From positions 27,034,001 through 27,098,000 of the forward strand of contig NC_087251.1 of the NCBI RefSeq assembly GCF_037042905.1: a DNA stretch of 64,000 bases, written 5' to 3'. The position numbers and the translations under genes are program-made. Below the pieces are notes generated by a model that searched no databases, was not told the origin of the DNA, and saw nothing but the letters and a program-made list of their open reading frames with translations. Origin of the DNA: Lytechinus pictus. Its lineage: Eukaryota. Numbering within the stretch: position 1 is the first letter of the stretch; every line of letters begins with the position of its first letter. This document shows positions 1-14,500 of this stretch, piece after piece.

Positions 1-295
1 TTTTATCTCCTTCATTCTTCTTCATATTAGCATCCTATTCAAGCTCTCGTGGCAATTTTGGATTAGATGATGTAAGTATTCAAGTTAAATTGTGATACTC
101 ACACCTAAAATGATGATTTAGTCGGCAATTTGATTATTTTTTATTATTTCAGCTGTGTTGAAAAGGCAGAATCTTTATCTTTAAAATAATATATGCATCC
201 CAGTGGATGTTTCATATAGCTGTTTGGAAGGTTCGGGTGTCTTTGTGTGTGACTGGTTACCCTTTCTTGTGATGTACTATGTGGTAAATCCCTAT

Positions 296-701
296 GGCCC
301 GAATTCGCAAATGTGGTTTGAAGACCCACGGTTGAGTCCATGGCTTATGCAGATTTCCTGTATAAATTACGCTTAATTTAGCTCGTATCAGGCGCGTGTA
401 TAAAAAAATGTCCAATGCTGATGCACGCTTTTGTCACAGTGTGCCAAATTGATGCCTGTTACCATGGTTAGATATGCTATTTTATTCATTAGTCCACTGT
501 TTGAAGAGTGGACTCATTAATTCATATCAGTGGACTCAGTGAATCAGTGAATAAAATAGCGTATCTAACCATGGTAACAGGTGTCAATTTGGCACACTGT
601 GACAAAAGCGCGCATCAGCATTGGAATTTTTTAATATACGCGGTAAAATAAGCGTATTTTATACAGGAAATCTTTCAAAACCATCTTTGTGAATTCGAGC
701 C
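296..701. mobile_element. Palindromic MITE, PIF/Harbinger-like
   Basis: GGCCCGAATTC.../...GAATTCGAGCC termini; TAT TSD; internal arms ~352-490 vs ~545-672. Confidence 0.7.
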
Positions 702-789
702 TATGTTACTGACTTAGCATCTTTAAGATCATATACCAAGCGTGCATAAAGTTGTGCATAACTTTACATACAGCTTTACGAAACACCCT

Positions 790-957
790 CCTGGACCCTG
801 TTTCATAAAAGTTACCATTATGGTAACTTTACCATCCAATGGTAACTACCCTAAAATCCTTGATTCTGAATGGCTGATTAGCATTAATTGCTACCATGTA
901 AGTTACCATTGGATGGCAAAGTTATTAAAAGAGTAACTTTTCTGCTATGGGCCCTGT
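790..957. mobile_element. Short hairpin MITE
   Basis: ACTTTACCATCCAATGGTAACT / AGTTACCATTGGATGGCAAAGT inverted arms. Confidence 0.5.
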
Positions 958-3900
958 GTTCACAGCATGGTTCCATCATTGACTTTATGAAGATGCAGTT
1001 TTCAAAATGTTTGAATTCAATAACTTGACGATAATTTCACCCTGGTCACTAATTGTACGTAATTTACAAACATCTTTATAAAACATCTGTATAATTTTTT
1101 TGTTTTGCATAATGGAGGGAGGTGACGTTGAATTATGCAGGGTTGACTGTAAAAACGAATAATGAAAATGATGAGTCATTTTTTAAAATAAATATATTAC
1201 AAAATAAATGCTTCTCTTTGTGCTATAATACACAATAACATTATACATGCATTGTCATCTAATCTAATTAAGATTCTTTAAATTATTTCATTTCAGTTCC
1301 TGATGTTGAGTCTCTATTCTTAGACCAGATGTGGATTAGGAGGAGTGAGCTTGGATGGAGACAAATTGTTATCAGGGTCAAAGGTTATCATGGTCATTAC
1401 AGACCAAGTCATGTCTCTCACACATTGGGGATCATACATTGTATTTTATAAAATTCAAAAGGAAACACTTTATATCGATAGCAAAGCCAATGTTTTTCAT
1501 TTGTAATATGATTATATTGATTATAATGCAATTAATTATTATGTCACAGAAAGGAGTGTAGCTCATCTAATAGAAAATGAATAGACATAGAATTTGTCTA
1601 GTTATCACAAAAATTTCTAAAAATGTATTTATGTGTCTTATCACCTACATGTGTAGGTGATCTAACTGGTGTTATACCATTGAACTTCAGTAATTTGATA
1701 TTGAACTTATTAGGGGCCAGATAATTACCATGGCAAATCCAATCTCGATATTTTTTGTCCAAGTGACTAATAACATTTTGTGTATGTAATACTTGCAGTT
1801 TTAGTTGTTTTTTTCTACTCTATGATATAGTTTGAAATAGAAGTCAAAGAAGCTTTTCTATCCTTAGTTTGTGTGATAAATATGTATGTTTTGTTGCTTG
1901 AAATCATGTTCAAAAGAATGATCAAGTTAATGTTTGATTAATTTTGCTTAGGTAGAATTGTGAATATCACATTATCTTTACTGCACTCTTATAGCCAGCC
2001 ATAACTGATAATGGAAGCTCATAGATGAACACAAGAATGGGAAGATAAAACCTTGTACAGAGCATGATAATATAGTATATATGTATTCAGTATCATTAGA
2101 GTGTGTACTTAAAGTGCATTTTGTGATAGAATTTAATAGTATGTGCTTGTATATTTTCAATTAATTTTAAGACACCCATACTATCAAGGTGTCTTTATGC
2201 CGACATCACAGTTACATTTATTTTCACCGAGTGAAAATCATGAATTTATCATATCCTTACATGTGTTAATAGCATTTTTTTCACTGTACCATGAATTCCA
2301 AAAGGTATTGAGAGAAAAAATGCCAGTGTTTTCAGAATTACATCAAAATATTTATTTTCACTGTATCTTCCATGTTTAAGAATTTCAGGGTGCAACAACT
2401 ATGAATGTTAGGAATATAAGGGTCCTGTCAAATTATAAAAGAAAAACAGTACTTTGTTTCGGGTGCACCACTACTGCCACTTGCCTTCATAAAAATCTAT
2501 TCTTATCATGGATGCAAATCAATGTAAGTTATTATAAAAGAAGGAATTGTACTTGGAAATCATATGCTTTAGATTGACAAAACTAAGACATCAATAATAC
2601 TCAAATATACTCAATAATATTCCAATAATAATTATTCAAATACTACTTTTAACAAGTAGAAAGATTCTCATTTTAATTTGTATATAATGAAATGTTGACA
2701 AATGTGTAATTGTTACTGTAGTCACGGTTTATATTTGGAAACTGAATATAAATTATTTAAGATGTGGTTAAGAAATCATGTTGAAACAAATTAATCTGAT
2801 ATATCTGTATCACATTTAAACATATACACTGAAAACTTTCACATGACAATTCTATTTTTTCAAAAATAAGGATAGAAATATATAGTAGGTTGCCCAGGTG
2901 CCATGATTTTTGTCATAGTAATCATGCCTTCAGATAAAAAGAAATATATATGCAACTATCTTCCTCACTTATTGAATTACACAACTTTTACATGTTTCAT
3001 ATTCTGTTTAGTTGTTTCTTGTAATAATGATTTTAATGTTTTTTGTATCAAAAAATTGTATTCATTGTATCTTGGGGGTATAAAATGCAGTAATGTTATT
3101 CTGACTAATGCACTTTGCAATAATTTTACCTCTGGGGGCAACATGTTTTCTACTGGCACATCAAGTGCTCTTTTTCAGATAATAAGGTGAAACTATGCTT
3201 GGAAAACGTTTTGAGATGTAAGAATAATTGTATTATATTGGACTAAAGTGTTTTTTTTTTAATCAATAGATTGTTTAGTGTAGTTGCAAGTTCAGATAAG
3301 TGAAAAGATATATATGAAAAAAATGGTAATATGGTTGACTTATACAGACCTCTAAAGTTGTTAAATTGCTTATCTTGGGCAGTGCGTGGTGTAAGGGTAG
3401 CAGAATAATAAATTGAAATTCATCACAGTTTATGGTGTTTTTTTTTTCTTTTTGGGGGAAAGTTGTTTTTTCTTATATTTGCTGCACATTCATAATTCGT
3501 ATATATTTTTCATTTATTTGATTTAATTTAAATTTATCTTGTTTTATTTTATCTTATTTTTTGTCTCCCCGTCATAACAGACTTAGACTATAGGCGCCTC
3601 TTTTCCAACAGTGGTGGCATCATCAACGTTTAAATCTTAACCAATGTTAAGTTTTGAAATGTCATCATAACTTAAAAAACATATGGCCCTATTTTATGAA
3701 ACCCAGACACGAGAGTAATCAACTATCACTGAATATCCTGCCTGAGTTTCAGGTCATATGACAAAGGTCAGTTAGGGTCAATGAACTTAGACCATGTTTG
3801 GGGAATCAACACTGAAATATCAACCAAGTTTCGGTTTTTGAAATGTCCTCATAACTTTGACAGTATATGGATCCAGTTCATGAAACCTAGACATAAGGGT

Positions 3901-4004
3901 AATTCAGTATCACTGATTGTCTTCCATGAATCATTGATCACATGATCAAGGTCAAGTCATTTAGGGTCAATGAAGCTCATATTTTATTATCAAATGAATG
4001 GTGT

Positions 4005-4052
4005 TTTTGTCTCACCTGCATAGCAGAGTGAGACTATAGGCGCCGCTTTTCC

Positions 4053-4083
<31 letters not shown>

Positions 4084-4979
4084 GCGGCGGCGTCAACACC
4101 AAATCTTAACCTGAGGTTAAGTTTTTGAAATGACAGCATAACTTAGAAAGTATATGGACCTAGTTCATGAAACTTGGCCATAAGGTTAATCAAGTATTAC
4201 TGAACATCCTGCCTGAGTTTCATGTCACATGACCAAGGTCAAAGGTCATTTAGGGTCAATGAACTTAGACCATGTTGGGGGAATCAACATCAAAATCTTA
4301 ACCTAAGGTTAAGTTTTTGAAATGCCATCATAACTTAGAAAATATATGGACCTAGTTCATGAAACTTACACATAAGGTTAATCAAGTATCACTGAACATC
4401 CTGCATGAGTTTCACGTCACATGACCAAGGTCAAAGGTCATTTAGGGTCAATGAACTTTGGCCGAATTGGGGGTATCTGTTGAATTACCATCATAACTTT
4501 GAAAGTTTATGGATCTGATTCATGAAACTTGGACATAATAGTAATCAAGTATTACTGAACATCCTGTGCAAGTTTCAGGTCACATGATCAAGGTCAAAGG
4601 TCATTTAGGGTCAATGAACTTTGGCCAAATTGGGGTATTTGTTGAATTACAGCCATAAATTTGAAAGTGTGTTGGTCTAGTTCATAAAACTTGGACATAA
4701 GAGTAATCAAGTATCACTGAACATCCTGTGCGAGTTTCAGGTCACATGATCAAGGTCAAAGGTCATGTAAGGTCAAAGAACTTTGGCCACGTTGGGGGTA
4801 TTTGTTGAATTGCCATCATATCTCTGTAAGTGTATTGGTCTAGTTCATAAAACGTGGAAATACGAGTAACCAAGTATCACTGAACATCTTGTGCGAGTTA
4901 TAGTAGTTTTCAAAATCAGCACTGCTGCTATATTGAATCGCGTGATGCAGGTGAGACGGCCAGAGGCATTCCACTTGTT
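4005..4979. mobile_element. HINE/DINE-1-like element, young copy
   Basis: Subterminal IR TGTCTCACCTGCAT / ATGCAGGTGAGAC; (GGC/GAC)n microsatellite; ~162-192-bp core repeats; near-identical to 39162-39767. Confidence 0.75.
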
Positions 4980-4996
4980 GTGATTCTTCATCTTAG

Positions 4997-5835
4997 TTTT
5001 TGTCTCGCCTTCGTACCGGAGCGAGACATAGGTATCACTATTTCCGGCGTCGTCAACAATTGTGTTGTACACCCAATAACTTTCTATAGCTTCGAGGTGG
5101 GATCACCAAATTCATACCAGAGGTCCATCTCCTGAAGGCACAGGTCAAGTTCGAATATGAGTCGAATTTGAATAAGGTCAAAGGTCAATGAACTTTCCAT
5201 GACTGGCACTGTGCTGTGTTGTACACACAATAACTTTCTATAGCTTCGAGGTGAGATCGCCAAATTCATAACAGAGGTCCATCTCTTGAAGGTACAGGTC
5301 AAGTTTGAATATGAGTCGAATTTGAATAAGGTCAAAGGTCAATGAACTTTCCATGACTGGCACTGTGCTGTGTTGTACACGCAATAACTTTCTATAGCTT
5401 CGAGGTGAGATCGCCAAATTCATAACAGAGGTCCATCTCTTGAAGGTGCAGGTCAAGTTCAAATGTGAGTTGAATTTGATTAAGGTCAAAGGTCAATGAA
5501 CTTTCCATGACTGACACTGCTGTGTTGTACACATAATAACTTTATATCTTTGAGGTAGGATTGCCAAATTCATACAAGAGGTCCATCTCTTGAAGGTGCA
5601 GGTCAAATTCGAATGTGAGTTGAATTTGATTAAGGTCAAAGGTCAATGAACTTTCCATGACTGGCACTGTGCTGTGTTGTACACACAATAACTTTCTATA
5701 GCTTCGAGGTGGGATCGCCAAACTCGTAACAGAGGTCCATTTATTAAAGTCATATAGCATAAATGTAGTTTTGACATGCAGTCTCTTCATGACTGCAATA
5801 TGCAGGCGAGACAACGCTTGGCGTTTGCCTTGTTT
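4997..5835. mobile_element. HINE-like element with ~154-bp tandem repeats (~4.3 copies)
   Basis: TGTCTCGCCT / AGGCGAGACA subterminal IR; units start at ~5075, 5229, 5383, 5535 and 5687. Confidence 0.72.
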
Positions 5836-8397
5836 TTTTTAAGTTTGCTGCTATGTTGAATCGCCTAATGCAGACGAGACTGCCCGAGGCTTGTTTTATT
5901 TATTTATTTTTATTTTATTTTTTTCCGGGGGTGGTCTTTAGAAAGGAATATTTGTAAGTCACCGTCATGTTGGTATGTTTAGTTTAAACACTCACTTTTT
6001 TCGGGGGGGGGGGGGTGAGATGATAATGGCAGATAAAAGTCCACATTTTAAAGGATGCGAGAGTGGTGACAGAGAATTTTAAACATGGAAGGTAAGAATG
6101 AGAAGGGTGTAGAAAGAGGGATTGAGTGTGGGTGGAGAGTTTGAGGGACGGGAGAATGCCACTGAAGGATATGAGAGAGGAGAGGGATATTTTAAATAAT
6201 TACAATGGGGAGGGGGAGAGTGGATGAGATCATGAGAGATAGTGAATATGTAGAAACTATAAAAAGCTTTATTTCACAGAGATAGGGATAGAAATAATGA
6301 AGGCAGAGAAGAAATGTCCCAGTGTGAGATAAGTATCCTCTTTTTTTTATTCTGGAAGGTGCTTAATGTTTTCACGTCAGATTGCAAAGACTTAGCTCGC
6401 GCGCGCATCATTTGAATAGAAGTATATTTTAACTAATTCATAGAAAGAGTCATTTAAATGTTCCCCTATTTCATGTCATTGTACGATATAGTGAAAACTA
6501 CAGCTCGTGCTCGCATTATTCATTTAGGCCTTTTAAGATACAGGCCCTATATTTTAATTTATGCAAAAATATATTCATATTCACGTTGATAATTCAAACG
6601 AATTGGAACTTAAATAGGGCGAAGAAAAAAATTTAACCAACGACATTTTGAATTTTACATAATGACCTGAAAGATTTAGTGACAATATTGGGAGCTAACA
6701 GTGAATGGATGATAAAATTTAAGGAACGAAAAAGCTGTTTTGGAGCACTTTGCAGCTTTAGTAGGATGCTTATGACAACATTTACTATACATTTTTTATT
6801 TTTCAAAATCTCGGGGGTGGGGCCAACTCACTGGGTGCAAAGGCCTTCCGTGCCTCCCCCTTGGTGCCGCCACTGGTCTGGGGCGGAGCCCCCGGAACCC
6901 CGTGATATTTTTAAACATTGCAGGTGGCCACTGTTTTATCAAATCGCGGGTACATGCACAGCACATATTAACTTCAACGCAGTTGCGGATAATAAACTAA
7001 ATACTTTGAGGCAGCAAAACATAGCAAAATGTGGATAAATTTGTAAAAGTCGCCAGCGAGCGAAGCGAGCCAGATAAAAATTGGCCTTTAAAAATGATTA
7101 AATTCTACTCATTTGATAGTAGCTTTGGAAATTTAGCCAAAGTAAACAGGCTTTTTACGTTAAATCTAGCCAGCGCAAAGCTTTACTTAGGTTTAGGACA
7201 TAATATCGGGGGATATAACAAGCCCTTTGGCTAAGGATTTTTCCCGGGATTGTTTGTCCTGATTGTGACCATTATTGCATAAAAGTTTAGCAAGCTTATA
7301 ATAGACGCCATCCACCTTTCTTCCAGTTCTTTATATTTTTCAATCCTCGGCAACCCGGTCTTGTTATTAAGTTATTCTCTTTTTTCTCGTCCCTTTTCTC
7401 TATATTTTGATTTCTACCTTCATTTCCCGTTGCTTTCTGCCTCTTTCTTCCATTTTCCCACCATTCTTGCCCGTGCCATTGAGTCATATCATTTGATTTA
7501 ATATCCCTCTCTTGCTAATCATGCTAATGTATTAGTATTTCAGGATATTTGTACTTCCTCACGTGTTCTTCTTTCTTTTCCCGCTTTCCTTCCATTTTCC
7601 CTATTTATGTTCTTTCTTTCTTTCCCTTTCTTTTCATTTTTTCCCTTTCTCTTTCCCCTTTCCTCTTTTTCTTTCTTTCCTTCCCTTTCCCTTCCTCTCT
7701 TTCCCCCTTTTCTCTTTTCCCGGTTTTTTTATTTTCCCGGTGAAATCCGCCAGGGGGCAGCTTGCCCCCCCCCCCCCCGCCTGTTACGCCACTGAAAGAA
7801 TTGTTTCTAAAACAAAACTTAAATAACATAATTAACATAATTATATATATATATCAGAAATCGGGAAAAACTTAGCCCCCCAAATTTCTGTTTACTCATA
7901 CGCCATCTCAGTCTTGAAAGTTCCCTTCACCCCCAAAATGAAGTCTTGAGAGACCTCTGTTTATCATCACTGAGTAATAATACCGCTGTTCAAGTGCAAT
8001 TCTGAATTATGACCCTCTCGGGACGGAGGCATTCGAAAAACAATTCGTAGTCAATGACCATGAACAACGTCTGGAAGGCTGTATCAATGAAATATCCAGC
8101 GCATGTATGATATTTTATTTTCATGGGGGTTGCTATCGTTTATCTTGATTATGTCTCAAAGTTCTCGTCAGCATCATTTTAACCCTAAGCACATTCAGGG
8201 CGAAACGGCTTTCATGGGAATTTATCAACTTTTAGAAGACCTATTTTAATCAGAAAGTGCGCAACAATAATTTACCAGAGACTGCCAATTTTCACTTTCT
8301 CAGCAAGGGCTTTTTGAAAGGCCTTTTCGTGTTTTGTCGAAACACTCCGAACACTTTGGAAATCTTGTTTATAAGTTGTTTTCATGAGGCAATAATC

Positions 8398-8507
8398 ATG
8401 GCGTTTCTATATTTAGTGTTTGTTGAAATCGTCAATCATCTATCCTCCATTTTTCTTTTTCTGGCCATGATCAGTTTTATGGCTTTTGGAAGTTTCGTCA
8501 AGAACAG
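8398..8507 (+). CDS. CYP exon 1 (signal anchor)
   Basis: atcATGg start; hydrophobic [44 protein letters not shown] phase-2 donor matches the phase-2 acceptor at 13967. Confidence 0.78.
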
Positions 8508-11500
8508 GTAATTATCTGTACTGTTAACGGAGTTTGTAAAGATGCACGCTTTTGAAAATATATTCAAACGTAGTAATGAAATGCTTTTTATCAACCTATC
8601 TATGTTCAATATGCTATGTAAATGCTTCAAACTATAACCCATTTATATATTTCTTTATTTTTTTTTACATTGTACAATATTATAATCCATTCTAGGTTTA
8701 AAATGAAATTAAAAAAAACACAAAACAAACGCCTAAGTGGTTTCATCCCAAGTTTTGTGTAGACCAATAAAATTAATAATATTAATATGATGTCGTTATT
8801 CATCACGTTTTGATATTTAGACAGATTCATGGTGTCATTATAAAGTAACAATAAATACTGATTTTCCCGGCCGAAACTGATTAAAAAATAAACTTACCCC
8901 TATGAAAAGAGGGCTTATGGGGTTTGGGTATAGGGCGGCTGTTGTAATCATCTTTGAAGTCATCAATTCAAATTATGAATCGATATTAGTATTTTGAATA
9001 ATACTGTAGGATGGTTATTTTGTCATTTTTCTATTCTGTTCATTTTCTTTAACTTGTGCTTTCTTCAGCTGTTTTACATTTCTGTTCCGTCTAGACTTTA
9101 GTTCATTTGCATTTCTTTTCAGCACTGCCCTTGCAGTCTGAACTTAGGTTATTTGAGTTTGATTTTATTCAGATTTCATTCATCCTTCTCCACATTGGAT
9201 TCTTTTCCTCTGATTTTCTTTTGTCATCTTCATTCTTCTCTATGCAGGCGTTCCACTCATTCCATCCCTCACCTGACTCCTTAGTTTCTAATGCCATTAT
9301 TACATAATCACCCCGACGTCTTTTATCGCCTTCATCTTATTCCTTATTGGTTTATATTATGAATTGGATTACTACATTTTAGTTGGGCTCTCCTATTTTC
9401 TTTAATTTCATTGGTTAGATTTAAGTAAATTTAAATAGTGTTATGTTTCTATAGCTACAAATTTGATGTGGGCCGGGAAGGCCTATTGTATAAGAATAGA
9501 AGTGATTTTTAAACACTCACACACAGAGAGACAACGAGACGTAACCAGATTTCTCTTCATTTCTCCTTTGGTTTGATGACTGATAGACAAGACCAATATG
9601 GGGAGAACTTGAGTTCAAGGAGCATTTTGGGGTAAAAGTTGGGAACCGGTCTATTTCACCTAATTTGAATGTGCTGAATCTAATAAGACCGGTTCCCAAG
9701 CCAATTTTTCATGTTTTGACCACCTAATTTGCATAAACAAAATGGCTGCCAAATTGACAATTTATAATCTTATTTCTACAATATTCTTTTATAATATTCG
9801 CTTTCATCGATATGGATACTGCAAAATCCTGCATACTTAACATACACCATTTGGGAAAATTTGTTATTTCTGTTTGCAGCTAATTAATTCTGCAAATTTA
9901 TGCATATTTTGCAATATTATGCTATAATTTGATAATTCCACCTAAAATGTTTATTATTTTGGGTACAAATAGCATTTGTATCATTATGATAATTGTTTGG
10001 CCCTTAAATATAATACTCAAGTCAATTTCTATATGTATTTTATTGTTTTTTTATATTTCTTTTGTGTTCTTGTATTTTCTGCCATTTGCTTTGTAAATGT
10101 TTGATATGAGATCTTTAAAAACTAATATCAATGGCAGACAGATATTAAGCTTCGATGATTGAATCATTTGATAAACTTCTTTTGCCACAACTGTTAATTG
10201 TACTCAGGAACAAATACACACACATGCTCCCACACCCACACCTGTATATAGAAAGTAATATACTTGCAAGGTATAGTAGACATGCCCATTATAAAAACAT
10301 TGATGCTGATCCTATAATCATAACGATTACCAAATTCAATGAACCCTAAAGAATAGAAGAGTTTAGAAGTTGGAAAACCTGTAATCATGCTGAACTTAAA
10401 TTTCTTGAAATACATGTAGATATATTAAAATGTTTTATAACAGATCAAATAATCAATTTAACGTATGATTTACACAGTGTAGTTTATCAATCGGATATAA
10501 GTATCAGTACATTGTTCCTTGTAGCAAAATTATATCTTTGATTCAGCTCCATCAGAACTGCAATCATGCCAGTTAACCAAAGAACAATTTATTGTAATAA
10601 ATGCAAAGGGTCTGTATTACTGGATCACTTACTAGTTTTTTTGGTCACTACCGATTTTTTTTATTTATTTGGCAACGATACATTTTCCCCAAGTCAACCA
10701 TCAAAGTGATAACTGAAAACCACAGCTTTTATCCAATCCTTGCCTTGGAAGATTCTTTGACGAACGATACTGAATACAGAAGAGGAAATGATAAAAACAT
10801 GGGGCTAAACACAGACTAGCTCCATGCTTAAAACATGGGCAAAACAAGGTTTCCAGCCCAGTCACTGCCCACTGCAGAACAAATTTTCACAGTGTGTCCC
10901 ATGGTTAAAAAGTGCTAGAGATGCCTGTTGAAGGTAAACCAGCATGGAGATAGTTGCAGAAGTCCAGTCTAGAGGTTATCCGGTCATGGATATTTTCTAC
11001 ACCACATCATGTAAGTCTGATCTCAGCAATTCTGTGGAGCAGGTAATGTGTAGATTGGCAGACATGTGATGTGTGTTTCTTCATGCTCATTGTTATATCA
11101 AAGACTACGCCAAGAAATCTAGCCTTGCATACTGGAGATATATAGCTTCCTCACCTATTAAGACTGGAGTTGTAATCATAATAATTACGCATGACAGAAC
11201 AAGATACTTCGCTTCTTATTGTTAAGCCTCAGGAAGTTGACCTTCATCCAACATCGAATCCTCAATGGCAACACCAACAACAGCAGCTGCACGAACCTCT
11301 GTATATTTACCTTTTTGATCAAAAGTGAGGTATACAGTTGGATGTCATCAGCATAGAAGTGTATACCAAGACCATGTTGCCACATTACAGAGCCAAGAGG
11401 AGTGATGTACAGTTTGAAGAACAAGGGACAAGGACAGACTCCCAAGGAACTCCATATCAAAGGGTAGTCACAGGAGACTGCATGCCAGTGATGAATACAG

Positions 11501-14500
11501 CTTCATACAGCTCTGTTGGCAAGGTAAGAGGAAACCTGCCATTGGAGTGCAGAATCATCAATTAAAAAACAGACTGTCAGTCTCCCGAGAAGTATGACAT
11601 GTTCACTGGTATCAAAACCGGTTGACAAGTTAAACATAACTTAGGCAACAGCTTTCCTCATAGAAAGAGAAATCCTGGCTCTACAATCGAAGAAATTCTC
11701 GACCTAGACTTTGATGGTGATATCTCAGACTCGCATGCAGCCTATCAGAGCTGGGTAAGCTATTGGATGCTGTTGGGTTAAGTACCGACCAAAAGAAGTG
11801 GATTAATAATCACCTACAGGAACGCCAAACATGCCAGGAACCCACCATCCTCTGAAAGATATCTTCGTTATCAATTTGAAATAGTCTATCTTATGAAGAT
11901 ATGAAGATGTGTGAATATTAGAAGTTCGATAAATGGCCTAGAAGACATTACACAATTCCTGCGGTATTGTAAAGGTGCACTCCGAGCATTTGAACACCTG
12001 AAACAAGATCTGGTTAGACAGCATATTCTCTCTCAAGACAAAAGTTTAGGTTTTCTCTATGGATCTGTGACATGAGAATCGGACATATCTCAAGAACACA
12101 AACACGATGACTTTGATACGAACTGCCTCGCAAAATACTTGTACTAAATTGGTTTGATTTCAACAATTAGAGATGACTTTTATAATATGAGGCTGCCCTA
12201 TCAATCAAGCCATCTACATGTAATGGAACACCTAATCGATGATAACTGACATTGATCATTTAACACCCCGAAGGTAAAGGTGTATATCAAGCTGGGGGAA
12301 GCTGGATGCATCTAAGTTGGATGAAGCGGCAATCCTTGATAGGACAGGTGCAGTACTGCATTGGAAAAGATATATTTTGGAGATGCACATGTAATCCGTT
12401 AATGAAGACCAATGATAAAAATTGTTATTAAAAGGATATGCAGTGACTTATTCGTTGTGGAACTTTAGAACATCACAATCTGGCTTTTAAAACACGGAAA
12501 ACGGTCTAATTGATAGGCAAAATGAGAAATTAGATGGATTATATGTGGGTTCAGTTCTGAGAATTTTTGTTCAATATTGGGACAATTTGACGAGCGTAAT
12601 GGGGAAAAACACAGGACATCTCATTTTCAGCAGACGGTTTTCACTTCATTTTGCTGTAGAAAAACACACTTAATATATATACATGTATGTGTGATCAGAT
12701 TCTGTTGGTCGGAAACATAACTACTCCAAAGGATATTAAATGCAACTGATTGACTATAAGGAGTTGAGAATTACAGTACTGTTATGATTAAAATTTAATA
12801 ATTCGTCATCTAACATTGTAAATATAAATGAATTGATTGATATCATAATTCAAGATACCATTTTATAATAAAAATATAAGCAATTAATAGTGACATTCGC
12901 TTGAATACAGATAGGTTCATGAAATTCGTTGGATCTCCACCAGTGTGCTTTTAAATGGGAAGGCCCTCCGTGCAGGAGTTTACCTTTGTATGCAGATGTG
13001 CGTGTGGGAGTGGGTGCACCTGTTTATGCCCATGGATATATGCGAATAAAAAAGTGATTACATTATTAAATCATTGAAGCTAATTATTTTCTGCCATTGA
13101 TAATCAATAATTTAACAGATCCCATAACAAAACATGTACAAAACAAAAGGTACAAAATACAAAGAAATACATAAGAAAAAGAAAATACATTACTATTCAC
13201 TGTGATATTATATTCTAAGGGCAGTACAATTATTTATAATGATGTAAATGCTATTTGTACCAAAAATATAAACATTTGAGCTGAAATTATCAAATTATAG
13301 CATAATGATCCAAAATATGCATAAATTTGCATAATTAATTAGCCGCAAACAAAAATAACAAGTTTTCCAGAAAGGTACACGTATGTATGCAGGATTTTGC
13401 AGTATTCATGTCTGTGAAAGCGAATATAATTAAAGAACATTGTCGAAATAATATTCTGAATTGTCAATTTGGCAGCCATTTTGTTTATGCAAATTAGGTG
13501 GTCAAAACATGAGAAATTAGCTTGGGAACCGATTTTATCAGATTCAGCATATTTGAATTGTGTGAAATAGTCCGGTTTCCAACTTTTACCCCAAAATGCT
13601 TCTCAAAGTTTATATAGGCCTCTTTTTCCAGAATGGGTCTAGTCTATGATGATTGAGTTTGCTGATTTAGAACTTATATTAGTTTCTACCCCTGAACTTA
13701 TTTCTCAACCCTACAATACAAATGTTTCATCAATTTATCGGAAAGGGTTAAGCAACTCAGTCATGTATAACATACATCGTTGCTCTATTCAAAGTAGAAA
13801 TGCATACAGAAGTTGCCGCGTAAAGATCAGTTTGCACACTCTAAAATTTTAAGATGTACTTTCGAACATTTATTAAAATTATGATAACTGCAGTGTGAAA
13901 ACTATATTTTACGCCTCTCCCCTCCTGGTCCACCAACTGAAACATTTATATCGGTTCAAATTCCAGAGGGTCCAGGCGTTTCCCCGCGGGACCTCGCGGC
14001 GTGCCGATCTTAGGATACCTCCCATTCTTGGACTGCCGTCGACTCCATCGTAGCCTGTCGGTCTTTGGTCGTCGCCATGGCAACGTTTTCTCGCTGAAGA
14101 TTGGCGCGCAGACGGTCGTGGTTCTGAATTGCGCCGATGTCATCAGGGAGTGCTTCGTTGGGAAAGCGGCGAGTTTTGATGGACGACCAGTGTGGATGTT
14201 GAACAAGGTTAATAAAGGAAGAGGTGAGGGATTGTCATTTCTTATCATCAGCATCATCAGGCCAACTCATTCGTTCCTTTATAATTCTCTATCCAAATTA
14301 AGGGCAGAGCCAGAGTAATGTTTCATTGAAGTTGTCAGAACTAGTTTGTGGTAAATTTGTCAGCTCTGACAAGTTACGAGAATCCTTGGTTTCACCCGGG
14401 TTTCACCGATTGTCTGAAGAGTACTGTGGTCAGTTTCATAAAACTAGTTGAAATAACAAATTTGTATTTACAATTTAAAGCAACTTAAATCCTTCAATTT

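Larger units (their letters stand above)
3558..5895. mobile_element. Old HINE-like element interrupted by two younger HINE-like elements
   Basis: Left end TTTTTGTCTC...TATAGGCGCC at ~3558; its right end (GCTGCTATGTTGAATCGC...GCAGACGAGAC...CTTGTT) resumes at ~5840-5895. Confidence 0.6.

Noticed and set aside
1..3450. 3' UTR of a gene outside the window
   Set aside because: AT-rich with an AATAAA near 3407, but no coding exon is visible to anchor it
5075..5740. CRISPR-like or repeated-peptide array
   Set aside because: Contiguous ~154-bp tandem units with no unique spacers, inside a eukaryotic non-autonomous element
7549..7838. Phe/Ser/Pro-rich and Lys/Arg/Glu-rich ORFs
   Set aside because: Polypyrimidine tract within a MITE remnant
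9330..9500. ATTGG x3 plus a TATA-like motif as an alternative CYP promoter
   Set aside because: Short motifs in AT-rich intron DNA with no supporting exon
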